A DNA stretch of 62,333 nucleotides, taken from contig DATGXR010000472.1 in assembly GCA_035298825.1 (NCBI GenBank), positions 1 through 62,333 on the forward strand. The letters run 5' to 3'. The translations under genes were made by a program, and so were the position numbers. Under the pieces are notes generated by a model that saw only the letters and a list, made by a program, of their open reading frames with translations, did not search any database and was not told the DNA's origin. How positions within the stretch are numbered: the stretch's first letter is position 1; each line of letters opens with the position of its first letter. Origin of the DNA: Bacteroidota bacterium. GTDB lineage: Bacteria > Bacteroidota > Ignavibacteria > UBA10030 > UBA8401. This document shows positions 1 through 8,032 of this stretch, in pieces.

Positions 1-558
1 ATGACAACAGCCTTCACGCGCATCATCATCGTCTTTCATTTCGTGAAGCAGGCGCTTGGCACGGCACAGATGCCCCCGAGCCAGATCATCGTCGGTCTTG
101 CCATGTTCCTCACGTTCTTCGTGATGGCGCCGACCTGGAACGAAGTCAATACCGAGGCGCTGCAGCCGTACCTGAACGGCAAGCTCACGCAGCAGCAGGC
201 CTACGACAAGGGGATCGAACCGATCCGCCAGTTCATGTTCCGCCAGACGCGCGAAAAGGATCTCGCCTTGTTCATGAAGCTCTCGAATATCGACAAGCCA
301 AACTCGCGCGCCGACATCCCGACGCTCGTGCTCATTCCCGCCTATGCGATCAGCGAACTCAGAACGGGATTCATCATCGGCTTCGTGCTCTTCATTCCGT
401 TTCTCGTGATCGACATTGTCGTGAGTTCGATCCTCATGGCGATGGGCATGATGATGCTTCCGCCGATGATGATCTCTCTGCCGTTCAAGATCCTGCTGTT
501 CATTCTGGTGGACGGATGGAATCTTCTTGTGACATCGTTGATGCAGAGCTTCGGGTAG
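1..558 (+). CDS. fliP: Flagellar type III export apparatus protein FliP (5' end cut by window edge)
   Basis: ORF open to base 1. Polytopic membrane protein with FliP-like sequence (QALGTAQMPPSQIIVGLAMFLTFFVMAP, PAYAISELRTGF). Followed by fliQ-fliR-flhB-flhA in canonical order. Confidence 0.9.
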   Translation: MTTAFTRIIIVFHFVKQALGTAQMPPSQIIVGLAMFLTFFVMAPTWNEVNTEALQPYLNGKLTQQQAYDKGIEPIRQFMFRQTREKDLALFMKLSNIDKPNSRADIPTLVLIPAYAISELRTGFIIGFVLFIPFLVIDIVVSSILMAMGMMMLPPMMISLPFKILLFILVDGWNLLVTSLMQSFG

Positions 559-641
559 CGCGCGTGCGAAGAGCGCGACGCTTGATTCCCTTCCAAAAAA
601 AAATTTTGATGCGACGACCGGAACAATATCGAAGGTAGAGT

Positions 642-911
642 ATGAACGAAGTCTATGTCATCCATTTGCTGCGCGAGGCGTTCTACACAGTCTTCCTGCT
701 TGCCGGTCCGGTACTGATCGTGACGATGGTCGTCGGACTGATCATCTCGATTTTCCAGGCGGCCACCTCGATACAGGAAATGACGCTTACGTTCGTGCCG
801 AAGGCGATCATCGTCGCCGTTGTGCTCATCCTGACGCTGCCGTGGATGTTCGATATCATGATCTCGTTCACCGTCCAGGTTTTCACACAGATTCCGAACA
901 TCATTAAATAA
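642..911 (+). CDS. fliQ: Flagellar export apparatus protein FliQ
   Basis: 89-aa two-TM protein (LLAGPVLIVTMVVGLIISIFQAATSIQEMTLTFVPK) of typical FliQ size, between fliP and fliR. Confidence 0.9.
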   Translation: MNEVYVIHLLREAFYTVFLLAGPVLIVTMVVGLIISIFQAATSIQEMTLTFVPKAIIVAVVLILTLPWMFDIMISFTVQVFTQIPNIIK

Positions 912-1699
912 TGAATTTCTATATCTCACAATTCGTCGTCTGGTTCCTCATCTTCATCCGTGTGATGACGATGTTCGGCTTCGCGCCCGTGCTCAGCCAC
1001 GGCAGCGTTCCCGCCATGACGAAAGTGGGATTAAGCATTTTGATCTCGTATATTTTGTTCACCGCGCATGGGGCCTCGCCGTTTACCGATGTGAGCGCGC
1101 AGCTCACGCTCGGCTCGCTCGTGATCTTCGTCGTGCGCGAGGTCATCGTCGGACTCGCCATCGGCTATGCGCTCACGATCGTGCTGGCGGGCATTCAGTT
1201 CGCGGGCTATCTGATCTCGTCGGACATGGGACTTGCCATGGCGAACATCTTCAATCCCGATTTGAACGAGCAGGTGCCGGTGTTGAGTCAGCTGATGAAC
1301 ATCATCGCGATGCTCGTCTTTTTGCTGATCGACGGCCATCTCTTTTTGATCGAATCGCTCAAGGCAAGCTTCGATGTCATTCCGCTTGCATCGGTGTCGG
1401 GCATCTTCTCGCAGGGATTCATCCAGATGATGATCCAGATCACCGCAAGCGTCTTCGTGATCGCCATTAAGATTGCGGCGCCCGTGATGGCGGCGATGTT
1501 CCTCACGACGATCGGGCTCGGCATTCTCTCGCGCATCGTGCCCCAGATGCAGGTCTTCGTGTTCAGCATGGGACTCAAAGTCGGCGTGGGTCTGCTGATG
1601 CTCACAGGCACGGTGCCAATGTATGTGTTCATGATTAAAAAAATCCTTGTGCAGTTTGAAGGGCAGACATACACGCTGCTCCAATTGATGAGACCGTAA
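911..1699 (+). CDS. fliR: Flagellar export apparatus protein FliR
   Basis: 262-aa polytopic membrane protein. Its ATG overlaps the fliQ stop (TAATG). Canonical position before flhB. Confidence 0.85.
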   Translation: MNFYISQFVVWFLIFIRVMTMFGFAPVLSHGSVPAMTKVGLSILISYILFTAHGASPFTDVSAQLTLGSLVIFVVREVIVGLAIGYALTIVLAGIQFAGYLISSDMGLAMANIFNPDLNEQVPVLSQLMNIIAMLVFLLIDGHLFLIESLKASFDVIPLASVSGIFSQGFIQMMIQITASVFVIAIKIAAPVMAAMFLTTIGLGILSRIVPQMQVFVFSMGLKVGVGLLMLTGTVPMYVFMIKKILVQFEGQTYTLLQLMRP

Positions 1700-1720
1700 G
1701 GACCGGGAAAGAAGACCAGT

Positions 1721-2794
1721 ATGGCCGATACGGCACAGGAAAAAACCGAACAACCAACCGGGAAAAAGCTCTCGGATGCAAGGGAAAAAGGCCAGGTGGC
1801 AAAGAGCGTCGAGGTCAACTCGGCGGTGATGCTGCTTTTCGGCTTGCTGTCGCTTGCCGTCTTCGGCACCGGCATGATGAACCGGCTCTCATCCATGACG
1901 ATCAGCGTGCTGCGCTCGTTGCATGAGGTCGATCTGACGACTCAGTCGGTGCACCATTATTTTGTGCTCGGAACGATGTATCTTGGAATGGTCCTCGGAC
2001 CGGTGCTCTTTGCACTGATGGCGCTGGGCGTGGCAACAAACGTGGCGCAGGTCGGATTCCTCTTCACGTTTGAACCGCTGATGCCCAAGTTTTCGAAACT
2101 CAATCCGATCACCGGCGTCCAGAAGGTGATGCTCTCGAAGCGCTCGCTTGTCGAACTCCTCAAGGGCATCGTGAAGATGCTGATCGTCGGCATTGTGGCG
2201 TACATCGCCATCGAAAAGCTCATTCAGGAATCTGTCGAGCTGATGGATTCGGAACCGGCGGCGATCATGGGATTCATCGTCAGGTCGTCATTCGTTGTGG
2301 GATTGAAGATCTGCGCGGCCTTTCTTGTCGTCGCATTGTTCGACTACGCATTCCAGCGATTCGATTTCATGCAGCAGCAGCGCATGACGAAAGAGGAAGT
2401 CAAAGAAGAGAATAAGCAGTCCGAGGGCGATCCGATGGTCAAGAGCCGGATCCGGAGCATACAGCGGCAGCTGGCGCGCCGGCGCATGATGCAGGATGTG
2501 CCGAAGGCCGATGTCATCATCACGAACCCGACGCATTATGCCGTGGCGTTGCAATACGATCCGGCGAAATCGGGCGCACCGGTCGTGGTGGCCAAAGGCA
2601 TGAACGTCATCGCGCAGAAGATCAAAGAGATCGCCAGGGAGAACAACGTTCCGATCATGGAAGACAAGCCGCTGGCGCGCGCGCTCTATAAGAGCGTCGA
2701 GATCGGCGACCAGATTCCGGAATCGCTCTTCAAGGCGGTCGCCGAAATTCTTGCATATATTTTTCAGGTTCGTAACAATTCGCGCAGAGCGTAA
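1721..2794 (+). CDS. flhB: Flagellar export switch protein FlhB
   Basis: 357 aa. N-terminus EKTEQPTGKKLSDAREKGQVAKS, 4 TM segments, and autocleavage motif NPTH (VIITNPTHYAVAL) in the C-terminal domain. Confidence 0.92.
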   Translation: MADTAQEKTEQPTGKKLSDAREKGQVAKSVEVNSAVMLLFGLLSLAVFGTGMMNRLSSMTISVLRSLHEVDLTTQSVHHYFVLGTMYLGMVLGPVLFALMALGVATNVAQVGFLFTFEPLMPKFSKLNPITGVQKVMLSKRSLVELLKGIVKMLIVGIVAYIAIEKLIQESVELMDSEPAAIMGFIVRSSFVVGLKICAAFLVVALFDYAFQRFDFMQQQRMTKEEVKEENKQSEGDPMVKSRIRSIQRQLARRRMMQDVPKADVIITNPTHYAVALQYDPAKSGAPVVVAKGMNVIAQKIKEIARENNVPIMEDKPLARALYKSVEIGDQIPESLFKAVAEILAYIFQVRNNSRRA

Positions 2795-2826
2795 ACGGTA
2801 TTTCATAGAATAGACACACGACACGC

Positions 2827-4896
2827 ATGAACGATTCGATACTCACAAAACTCGGGAAAAACGGCGACGTCTTTTTGGCGGTCGGCGTGATCGCGATCAT
2901 CGCCGTGATGATCATTCCGATCCCGACGTTCCTGCTGGATATTCTTCTATCGGCCAACATCACGGTGGCGATCGTGCTCTTGATGGTGTCGATGTATTTG
3001 TCGAAGCCGCTCGATCTCTCGGTCTTTCCCAGTCTGCTGTTGATCCTGACGCTCTTCCGCCTGGCGCTCAATGTGGCCACCACGCGCCTCATCCTGGGCG
3101 AGGGCTTCGCGGGCGAAGTGGTGAGCGCCTTCGGCGCATTTGTCGTGGGCGGCAACTACGTCGTCGGCTTCATCATCTTCATTATCCTTGTCATCATCCA
3201 GTTCGTGGTGATCGTCAAAGGCTCGGGCCGCATTTCGGAAGTGTCCGCGCGTTTCACACTCGATGCGATGCCCGGCAAGCAGATGGCGATCGATGCCGAT
3301 CTGAACGCGGGCATGATCACAGAGGAAGTGGCGCGTCATCGACGCGACGTCATCGCACGCGAGGCCGAATTCTTTGGGGCGATGGACGGCGCATCGAAGT
3401 TCGTCAAAGGCGACGCCGTGGCCGGACTCATCATCAACGGGGTGAACATTCTGGGTGGATTCATCATCGGCGTTGCACAGCGCGATATGAGCTTCACCGA
3501 TGCGTTGTCGAATTACACATTGTTGACGATCGGCGACGGACTCGTTTCGCAGATTCCGGCGCTCATCATTTCGATCGCCTCGGGCATGGTGGTCACGCGA
3601 TCTGGCTCGGGCAGCACGCTCGATGTCGAACTGCGCCAGCAGCTCTTCGGCAAACCCAAAGTGCTGATGATCGCCGCCGGCGCGCTCTTTGCCTTTGCCA
3701 TCATTCCGGGCATGCCCACGATTCCTTTTTTGGTCCTGTCGGCACTCGTGGGCGGCATCGGATTCGCCACCAACACGCAGCAGAAAAAAGAAGCGGCCAT
3801 CGCCAGTATTCCTCCTCCGGCGAAACCGGTAGAGGTGGTTGAAGAGAAAGTCGAAAAATATCTGCAGGTCGATCCGCTCGAACTCGAGATCGGATACGGA
3901 CTCATTCCGCTTGTCGACGAGTCGCAGGGCGGAGATCTCTTCCGCCGCATCACGAACATCCGCAAGCAGCTCGCGCTCGAGCTCGGTGTGCTCGTGCCGC
4001 CGATCCGCGTGCGGGATAATCTTCAGCTTGCGCCGAATCAGTACGTGGTCAAGGTCCGCGGCAACGTGCTTGCCACCGATGAACTGTATCCCGAGCTGTA
4101 TCTGGCCATGAACTCGGGCATGGCCACGGGCGATCTCGAAGGCATTCAGACGAAAGATCCGGCGTTCCTCCAGCCTGCGGTCTGGGTCACGGCCGCCGAG
4201 CGCGAACGCGCCGAGATCCAGGGGTACACAGTCGTCGAATCCGCCGCTGTGCTTGCGACGCATCTGCAGGAAGAGCTCAAGAAGAATGCCGATAAGATTC
4301 TTGGCCGCCAGGATGTGAAGGTGCTCCTTGAGAATTTGAAAAAGGAATACCCTGCTGTCGTCGAAGAACTCACGAACGACCTGTTGCCGATCGGATCGGT
4401 GCAGAAAGTGCTGCAGAATCTGTTGCGCGAAGGCATTCCGATCCGCGATCTGGTGTCGATCGTCGAATCCCTTGTCGATTACGCGCGCGTTACCAAAAAT
4501 GTGGATGTGCTTACCGAGTACGTCCGCCACTCGCTGTCCGATACGATCGCCAGATTGTATCAGGATCAGAACGGCGTCATCCACGCGATCTCGATCGATC
4601 CTGATTTCGAGGAACTGGTGACCGACTCGCTGAAGAAAAACCGGGATGTCGGCTCGACGCTCGGATTGCCGCCGGCGGTCATACAAACGATCCATCACAA
4701 TCTTGCCTCCTCGATTGACCAGGCGCTCGGCTACGGCTATCAGCCGCTGCTTGTGGTGGCTGCCACGGTCCGGCCGTATTTGTACCGGCTGTTGCATACG
4801 GCATTTCCGTCGCTGGTCATCTTGTCGTTTACGGAACTTCCCCCCGAAACCGAGATCGAATTCATCGGGCAGGTGGAGTTGCTTGAGCCACAATAA
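2827..4896 (+). CDS. flhA: Flagellar export gate protein FlhA (FHIPEP family)
   Basis: 689 aa. N-terminal multi-TM domain (FPSLLLILTLFRLALNVATTRLIL, SKFVKGDAVAGLII) plus a large cytoplasmic domain. Sits between flhB and flhF. Confidence 0.95.
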   Translation: MNDSILTKLGKNGDVFLAVGVIAIIAVMIIPIPTFLLDILLSANITVAIVLLMVSMYLSKPLDLSVFPSLLLILTLFRLALNVATTRLILGEGFAGEVVSAFGAFVVGGNYVVGFIIFIILVIIQFVVIVKGSGRISEVSARFTLDAMPGKQMAIDADLNAGMITEEVARHRRDVIAREAEFFGAMDGASKFVKGDAVAGLIINGVNILGGFIIGVAQRDMSFTDALSNYTLLTIGDGLVSQIPALIISIASGMVVTRSGSGSTLDVELRQQLFGKPKVLMIAAGALFAFAIIPGMPTIPFLVLSALVGGIGFATNTQQKKEAAIASIPPPAKPVEVVEEKVEKYLQVDPLELEIGYGLIPLVDESQGGDLFRRITNIRKQLALELGVLVPPIRVRDNLQLAPNQYVVKVRGNVLATDELYPELYLAMNSGMATGDLEGIQTKDPAFLQPAVWVTAAERERAEIQGYTVVESAAVLATHLQEELKKNADKILGRQDVKVLLENLKKEYPAVVEELTNDLLPIGSVQKVLQNLLREGIPIRDLVSIVESLVDYARVTKNVDVLTEYVRHSLSDTIARLYQDQNGVIHAISIDPDFEELVTDSLKKNRDVGSTLGLPPAVIQTIHHNLASSIDQALGYGYQPLLVVAATVRPYLYRLLHTAFPSLVILSFTELPPETEIEFIGQVELLEPQ

Positions 4897-4986
4897 TTGG
4901 TGCAAGAGAATGTTTTTTTTCGTACACTATTTTCTATTAGAATGTTCCGCGCTTGAAGCACAACCGGGCCACACACATACGCACAC

Positions 4987-6297
4987 ATGAAGATTAAAAA
5001 ATTCGTTGCGCCGACGCTCAAAGAAGCGACAGAGAAGATGAAGAAGGAGCTGGGAGATAATGCCATTCTTCTCAGTACGCGTTCCGTGCCCGCGGGAGGA
5101 GTGTTCTCGATGAAGGGAAAACTCCAGTACGAAATCACGGGCGCGGTAGACGATGAGTTCCAACACTCGCCGGCAGCGGCGCACGCATCGGAGCGCAAAG
5201 CATCGGCTCAGCCGTCTTCGGGCCGTGAAGGCCAGGGAACGCATGCTTCGGCGCGCGCGACAGATGACACGTCGCCTCTTGCCGCGCTTCAGCAGTTAAG
5301 CGAACGCTTCGGTCAGGAACGCACGACCGCGCGCGAGACGCGTCACGCGTCCGTTGCACAATCGGCCGTGTCTTCCTCGTCGATCGAGCGCGGAGCCTCG
5401 CACGGCGTCGCGCCGCACTCGCCGGCGATGCAGGCGGAACTCGATGAATTAAAGCGGTCGCTTGATGATCTTCGCGAAGAGATCTCGAATTCGAAAGGGC
5501 ACGCGCTGCCCTTGTCGTACAGGCGCGTGTTCAATGCGCTCACCGCGCAGGATGTCACAGAAAAGATTGCGATGGGCATCATCCAGCCCATGATGGACTC
5601 GGCGCAGGGATTCAGCGCGGCACAGATCAACGACCGCGCGCTGAAGGCGCTGGCCGAATTGATTCCCGCAGCGGGCGAATCGAAGTTGTTGAAAAAACGC
5701 TCGAAGATCATCGCCTTTGTGGGACCGACAGGTGTCGGTAAAACAACGACCATCGCGAAGCTGTCGGCGATCTTTTCTCTCGTCAAAAAAATGAAGGTCG
5801 CGCTCATCTCGGCCGATACATTTCGCATCGCGGCCATCGATCAGCTGCAGACGTTCGCCACAATCGCCTCGATCGATATGGATGTGGCCTACAAGCCGAA
5901 AGACATGCCGCTGCTGTTGAAAAAGTTCGCATCGAAGGATGTCATTTTTATCGATACGGCCGGACGCAATCAGCGCAATCCGAAAGAGATCGCGCAGCTC
6001 GAAAAAATCCTGCGCGCCGCCCAGCCCGATGAAGTGCACATGGTGCTCAGCTCGACGGCGAGCCTGCGCACGATGCGCGATGTCGTCAAACGCTTCGCGC
6101 CGTTGACGCCCAATCGGATTATTTTTTCGAAACTCGACGAAGCCTCGGCGTTCGGCAATATCGTGAATTTGACGGCCGACACCCGTCTTCCAATTTCGTA
6201 CCTCACCATGGGACAGCAGGTGCCCGACGACATCCAGGCGGCCGACAGCCTGGCGATCGCACAGATGATCTTCAATGGAGCGCTTCCCGATGCGTGA
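4987..6297 (+). CDS. flhF: Flagellar SRP-type GTPase FlhF
   Basis: 436 aa. G1 GPTGVGKTTT, G3 DTAGR, G4 SKLDE. Low-complexity Ser/Ala-rich N-terminal B-domain. Position flhA-flhF-flhG. Confidence 0.88.
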   Translation: MKIKKFVAPTLKEATEKMKKELGDNAILLSTRSVPAGGVFSMKGKLQYEITGAVDDEFQHSPAAAHASERKASAQPSSGREGQGTHASARATDDTSPLAALQQLSERFGQERTTARETRHASVAQSAVSSSSIERGASHGVAPHSPAMQAELDELKRSLDDLREEISNSKGHALPLSYRRVFNALTAQDVTEKIAMGIIQPMMDSAQGFSAAQINDRALKALAELIPAAGESKLLKKRSKIIAFVGPTGVGKTTTIAKLSAIFSLVKKMKVALISADTFRIAAIDQLQTFATIASIDMDVAYKPKDMPLLLKKFASKDVIFIDTAGRNQRNPKEIAQLEKILRAAQPDEVHMVLSSTASLRTMRDVVKRFAPLTPNRIIFSKLDEASAFGNIVNLTADTRLPISYLTMGQQVPDDIQAADSLAIAQMIFNGALPDA

Positions 6298-7129
6298 TCA
6301 GGCCAACAGACTGCGCGAAATGGCCGCTCAGCTGATGGGCCGATCGGCTTCCATCTCCGCGCAACAACCGACACAGGGCCGCCCCCGCACGATCGTCGTC
6401 ACCTCGGGCAAAGGCGGCGTGGGCAAGACGAATATCGCGTCGAATCTCGGCATCATTCTTTCCGGGATGAGAAAACGTGTGGTGCTCGTCGACGCCGATG
6501 CGAATCTCGGCAACACCGAAATGGTGCTCGGTCTCTCGCCCCGATACCGGTTGAGCCACGTCGTGCGCAATGAAGCCGATATCGACGACGCACTCATCAC
6601 ATCCTATAACGGTCTGAAGGTGCTCGCCGGCGATTCGGGGAAATACGATTTTCCGACACTCACGACCGCGACGCAAAAGCAGCTCCTGTCGACGATCTAT
6701 GAAGCCGACACGCCGAAGGACATTGTCCTGATCGATACGTCGGCCGGATTAAGCGACGAGATATTGTTTTTCGCCGTGCAGTCCGATGACGTCATCATCA
6801 TCACGACGCCAGAACCCACGGCGGTCATGGACGCCTATGCGATGGTGAAGCTCATCCAGCACACGGCCCAGGGCCGCATGCCCGCGTTGCGACTGATTGT
6901 CAACATGGCAAAAACGCCGCGCGAGGCCGAAGCGACATATCGGAATCTTGAATCGGTCATACAGCATTTTCTCCATGAAAAAATTGAGTTCCTTGGATTT
7001 CTCCTCCACGATCCGTCTGTCGGAAAATCGGTCTGTGCCCAGACGCCGGTCGTTGTTCACGCGCCGCATTCATCGGTCGCACTTTCGCTCCGCGCAATCG
7101 CGCATAAATTAATAGTGAATGGAAGGTAA
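6275..7129 (+). CDS. flhG: MinD/ParA-type ATPase FlhG (YlxH)
   Basis: Deviant Walker A SGKGGVGKT. The N-terminal DQANRLR matches the DQAxxLR FlhF-activating motif known for FlhG. Overlaps the flhF end. Alternative ATG at 6290. Confidence 0.85.
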   Translation: MERFPMRDQANRLREMAAQLMGRSASISAQQPTQGRPRTIVVTSGKGGVGKTNIASNLGIILSGMRKRVVLVDADANLGNTEMVLGLSPRYRLSHVVRNEADIDDALITSYNGLKVLAGDSGKYDFPTLTTATQKQLLSTIYEADTPKDIVLIDTSAGLSDEILFFAVQSDDVIIITTPEPTAVMDAYAMVKLIQHTAQGRMPALRLIVNMAKTPREAEATYRNLESVIQHFLHEKIEFLGFLLHDPSVGKSVCAQTPVVVHAPHSSVALSLRAIAHKLIVNGR

Positions 7130-7132
7130 GTT

Positions 7133-8017
7133 ATGCCCCCCAAAAACATCCGCGAAGACATCCAAAAAGTGAAGGACCTCGTGTCCTTTCCTGTTGCGAC
7201 AACAGACATTCTGGCCGCCATTGACGACGAAAATATTTCGATCGAAAAAGTGGCGCGTCTGATCGAGCTTGATGTCATCCTCACGACAAAGCTGCTGAGG
7301 GCCATCAACTCGTCGTTTTACGGTCTGCGATCGCGCGTGTCGACCGTGCAGAATGCGGTGAGTCTGCTGGGCGTTGCCGAAGTGGGCAGATTGATGATCA
7401 CGTTCCTGCTGGCCAACAAGATGTCGTCGCCGAAGCTCATCAACCGCGAGGCGTTCGCCCGGTTCTGGAGGCATTCGGTCACCACGGCGTCGATCGCGCG
7501 ATTGATCGCCACGAAATATTATTTCCGCACCGCGGGCAAGGAATTTGTCGGCGGCCTGCTGCATGATTTCGGCAAGCTCGTGCTGATGGAGATCAGTCCC
7601 GACGACTATTCGGCCGTCGAGGGATTGATCAAGGACAAGTTGTATATGGATACGATCGCCGAAGAGGAATGCTTCGGCATCAATCACTGCGAGGCGGGCG
7701 GTCTGCTTGCCGAACGCTGGCGGCTTCCGGTCAACCTGGCCGAGATCATCCGCTATCATCATACGCCGAAGTTCGCTCCCATGGACCAGACACTGGTGGC
7801 GATCGTGCGCACGGCCGATCTCTTTTCACAGCTCTGGGGATACGGCATCGAGGGCGATCCGGTGAACCTCAATATCGAAACCGACGAGGCATGGCAGTTG
7901 CTTGTCTCCGAACACACGGCGCTGCGCACGATCAGCTTTGCGGAGTTTTCAGAGAAATTGAAAAAGTCGTTCGACGAAAATCTCGAGTTCGTCAGAATGA
8001 TGAATGCGAATGTCTAA
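7133..8017 (+). CDS. HDOD-domain protein (degenerate HD-type signalling domain)
   Basis: 294 aa. HDOD-like pattern: LLRAINSSFYGL, GGLLHDFGKLVLME, INHCEAGGLLAERWRLP, IIRYHH. Starts 3 nt after the flhG stop. Confidence 0.8.
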   Translation: MPPKNIREDIQKVKDLVSFPVATTDILAAIDDENISIEKVARLIELDVILTTKLLRAINSSFYGLRSRVSTVQNAVSLLGVAEVGRLMITFLLANKMSSPKLINREAFARFWRHSVTTASIARLIATKYYFRTAGKEFVGGLLHDFGKLVLMEISPDDYSAVEGLIKDKLYMDTIAEEECFGINHCEAGGLLAERWRLPVNLAEIIRYHHTPKFAPMDQTLVAIVRTADLFSQLWGYGIEGDPVNLNIETDEAWQLLVSEHTALRTISFAEFSEKLKKSFDENLEFVRMMNANV

Positions 8018-8032
8018 TTTTGTGTAAAGGTG

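Noticed and set aside
2947-4905. 652-aa minus-strand ORF antisense to flhA. Similar long antisense ORFs are 1031-1753, 26947-28188, 38612-40099, 44306-45604, 47776-48702, 50308-51273 and 58625-59302.
   Set aside because: They are exact shadows of well-supported genes on the opposite strand. Their translations are Arg/Asp/His/Gly-rich low-complexity with no motifs. This is the expected stop-codon-poor antisense frame of GC-biased coding sequence.
1-7129. The flagellar export cluster itself as a novelty.
   Set aside because: Gene order fliPQR-flhBA-flhFG and all signature motifs (NPTH, SRP-GTPase boxes, DQAxxLR) are canonical. Only the appended downstream genes are unusual.
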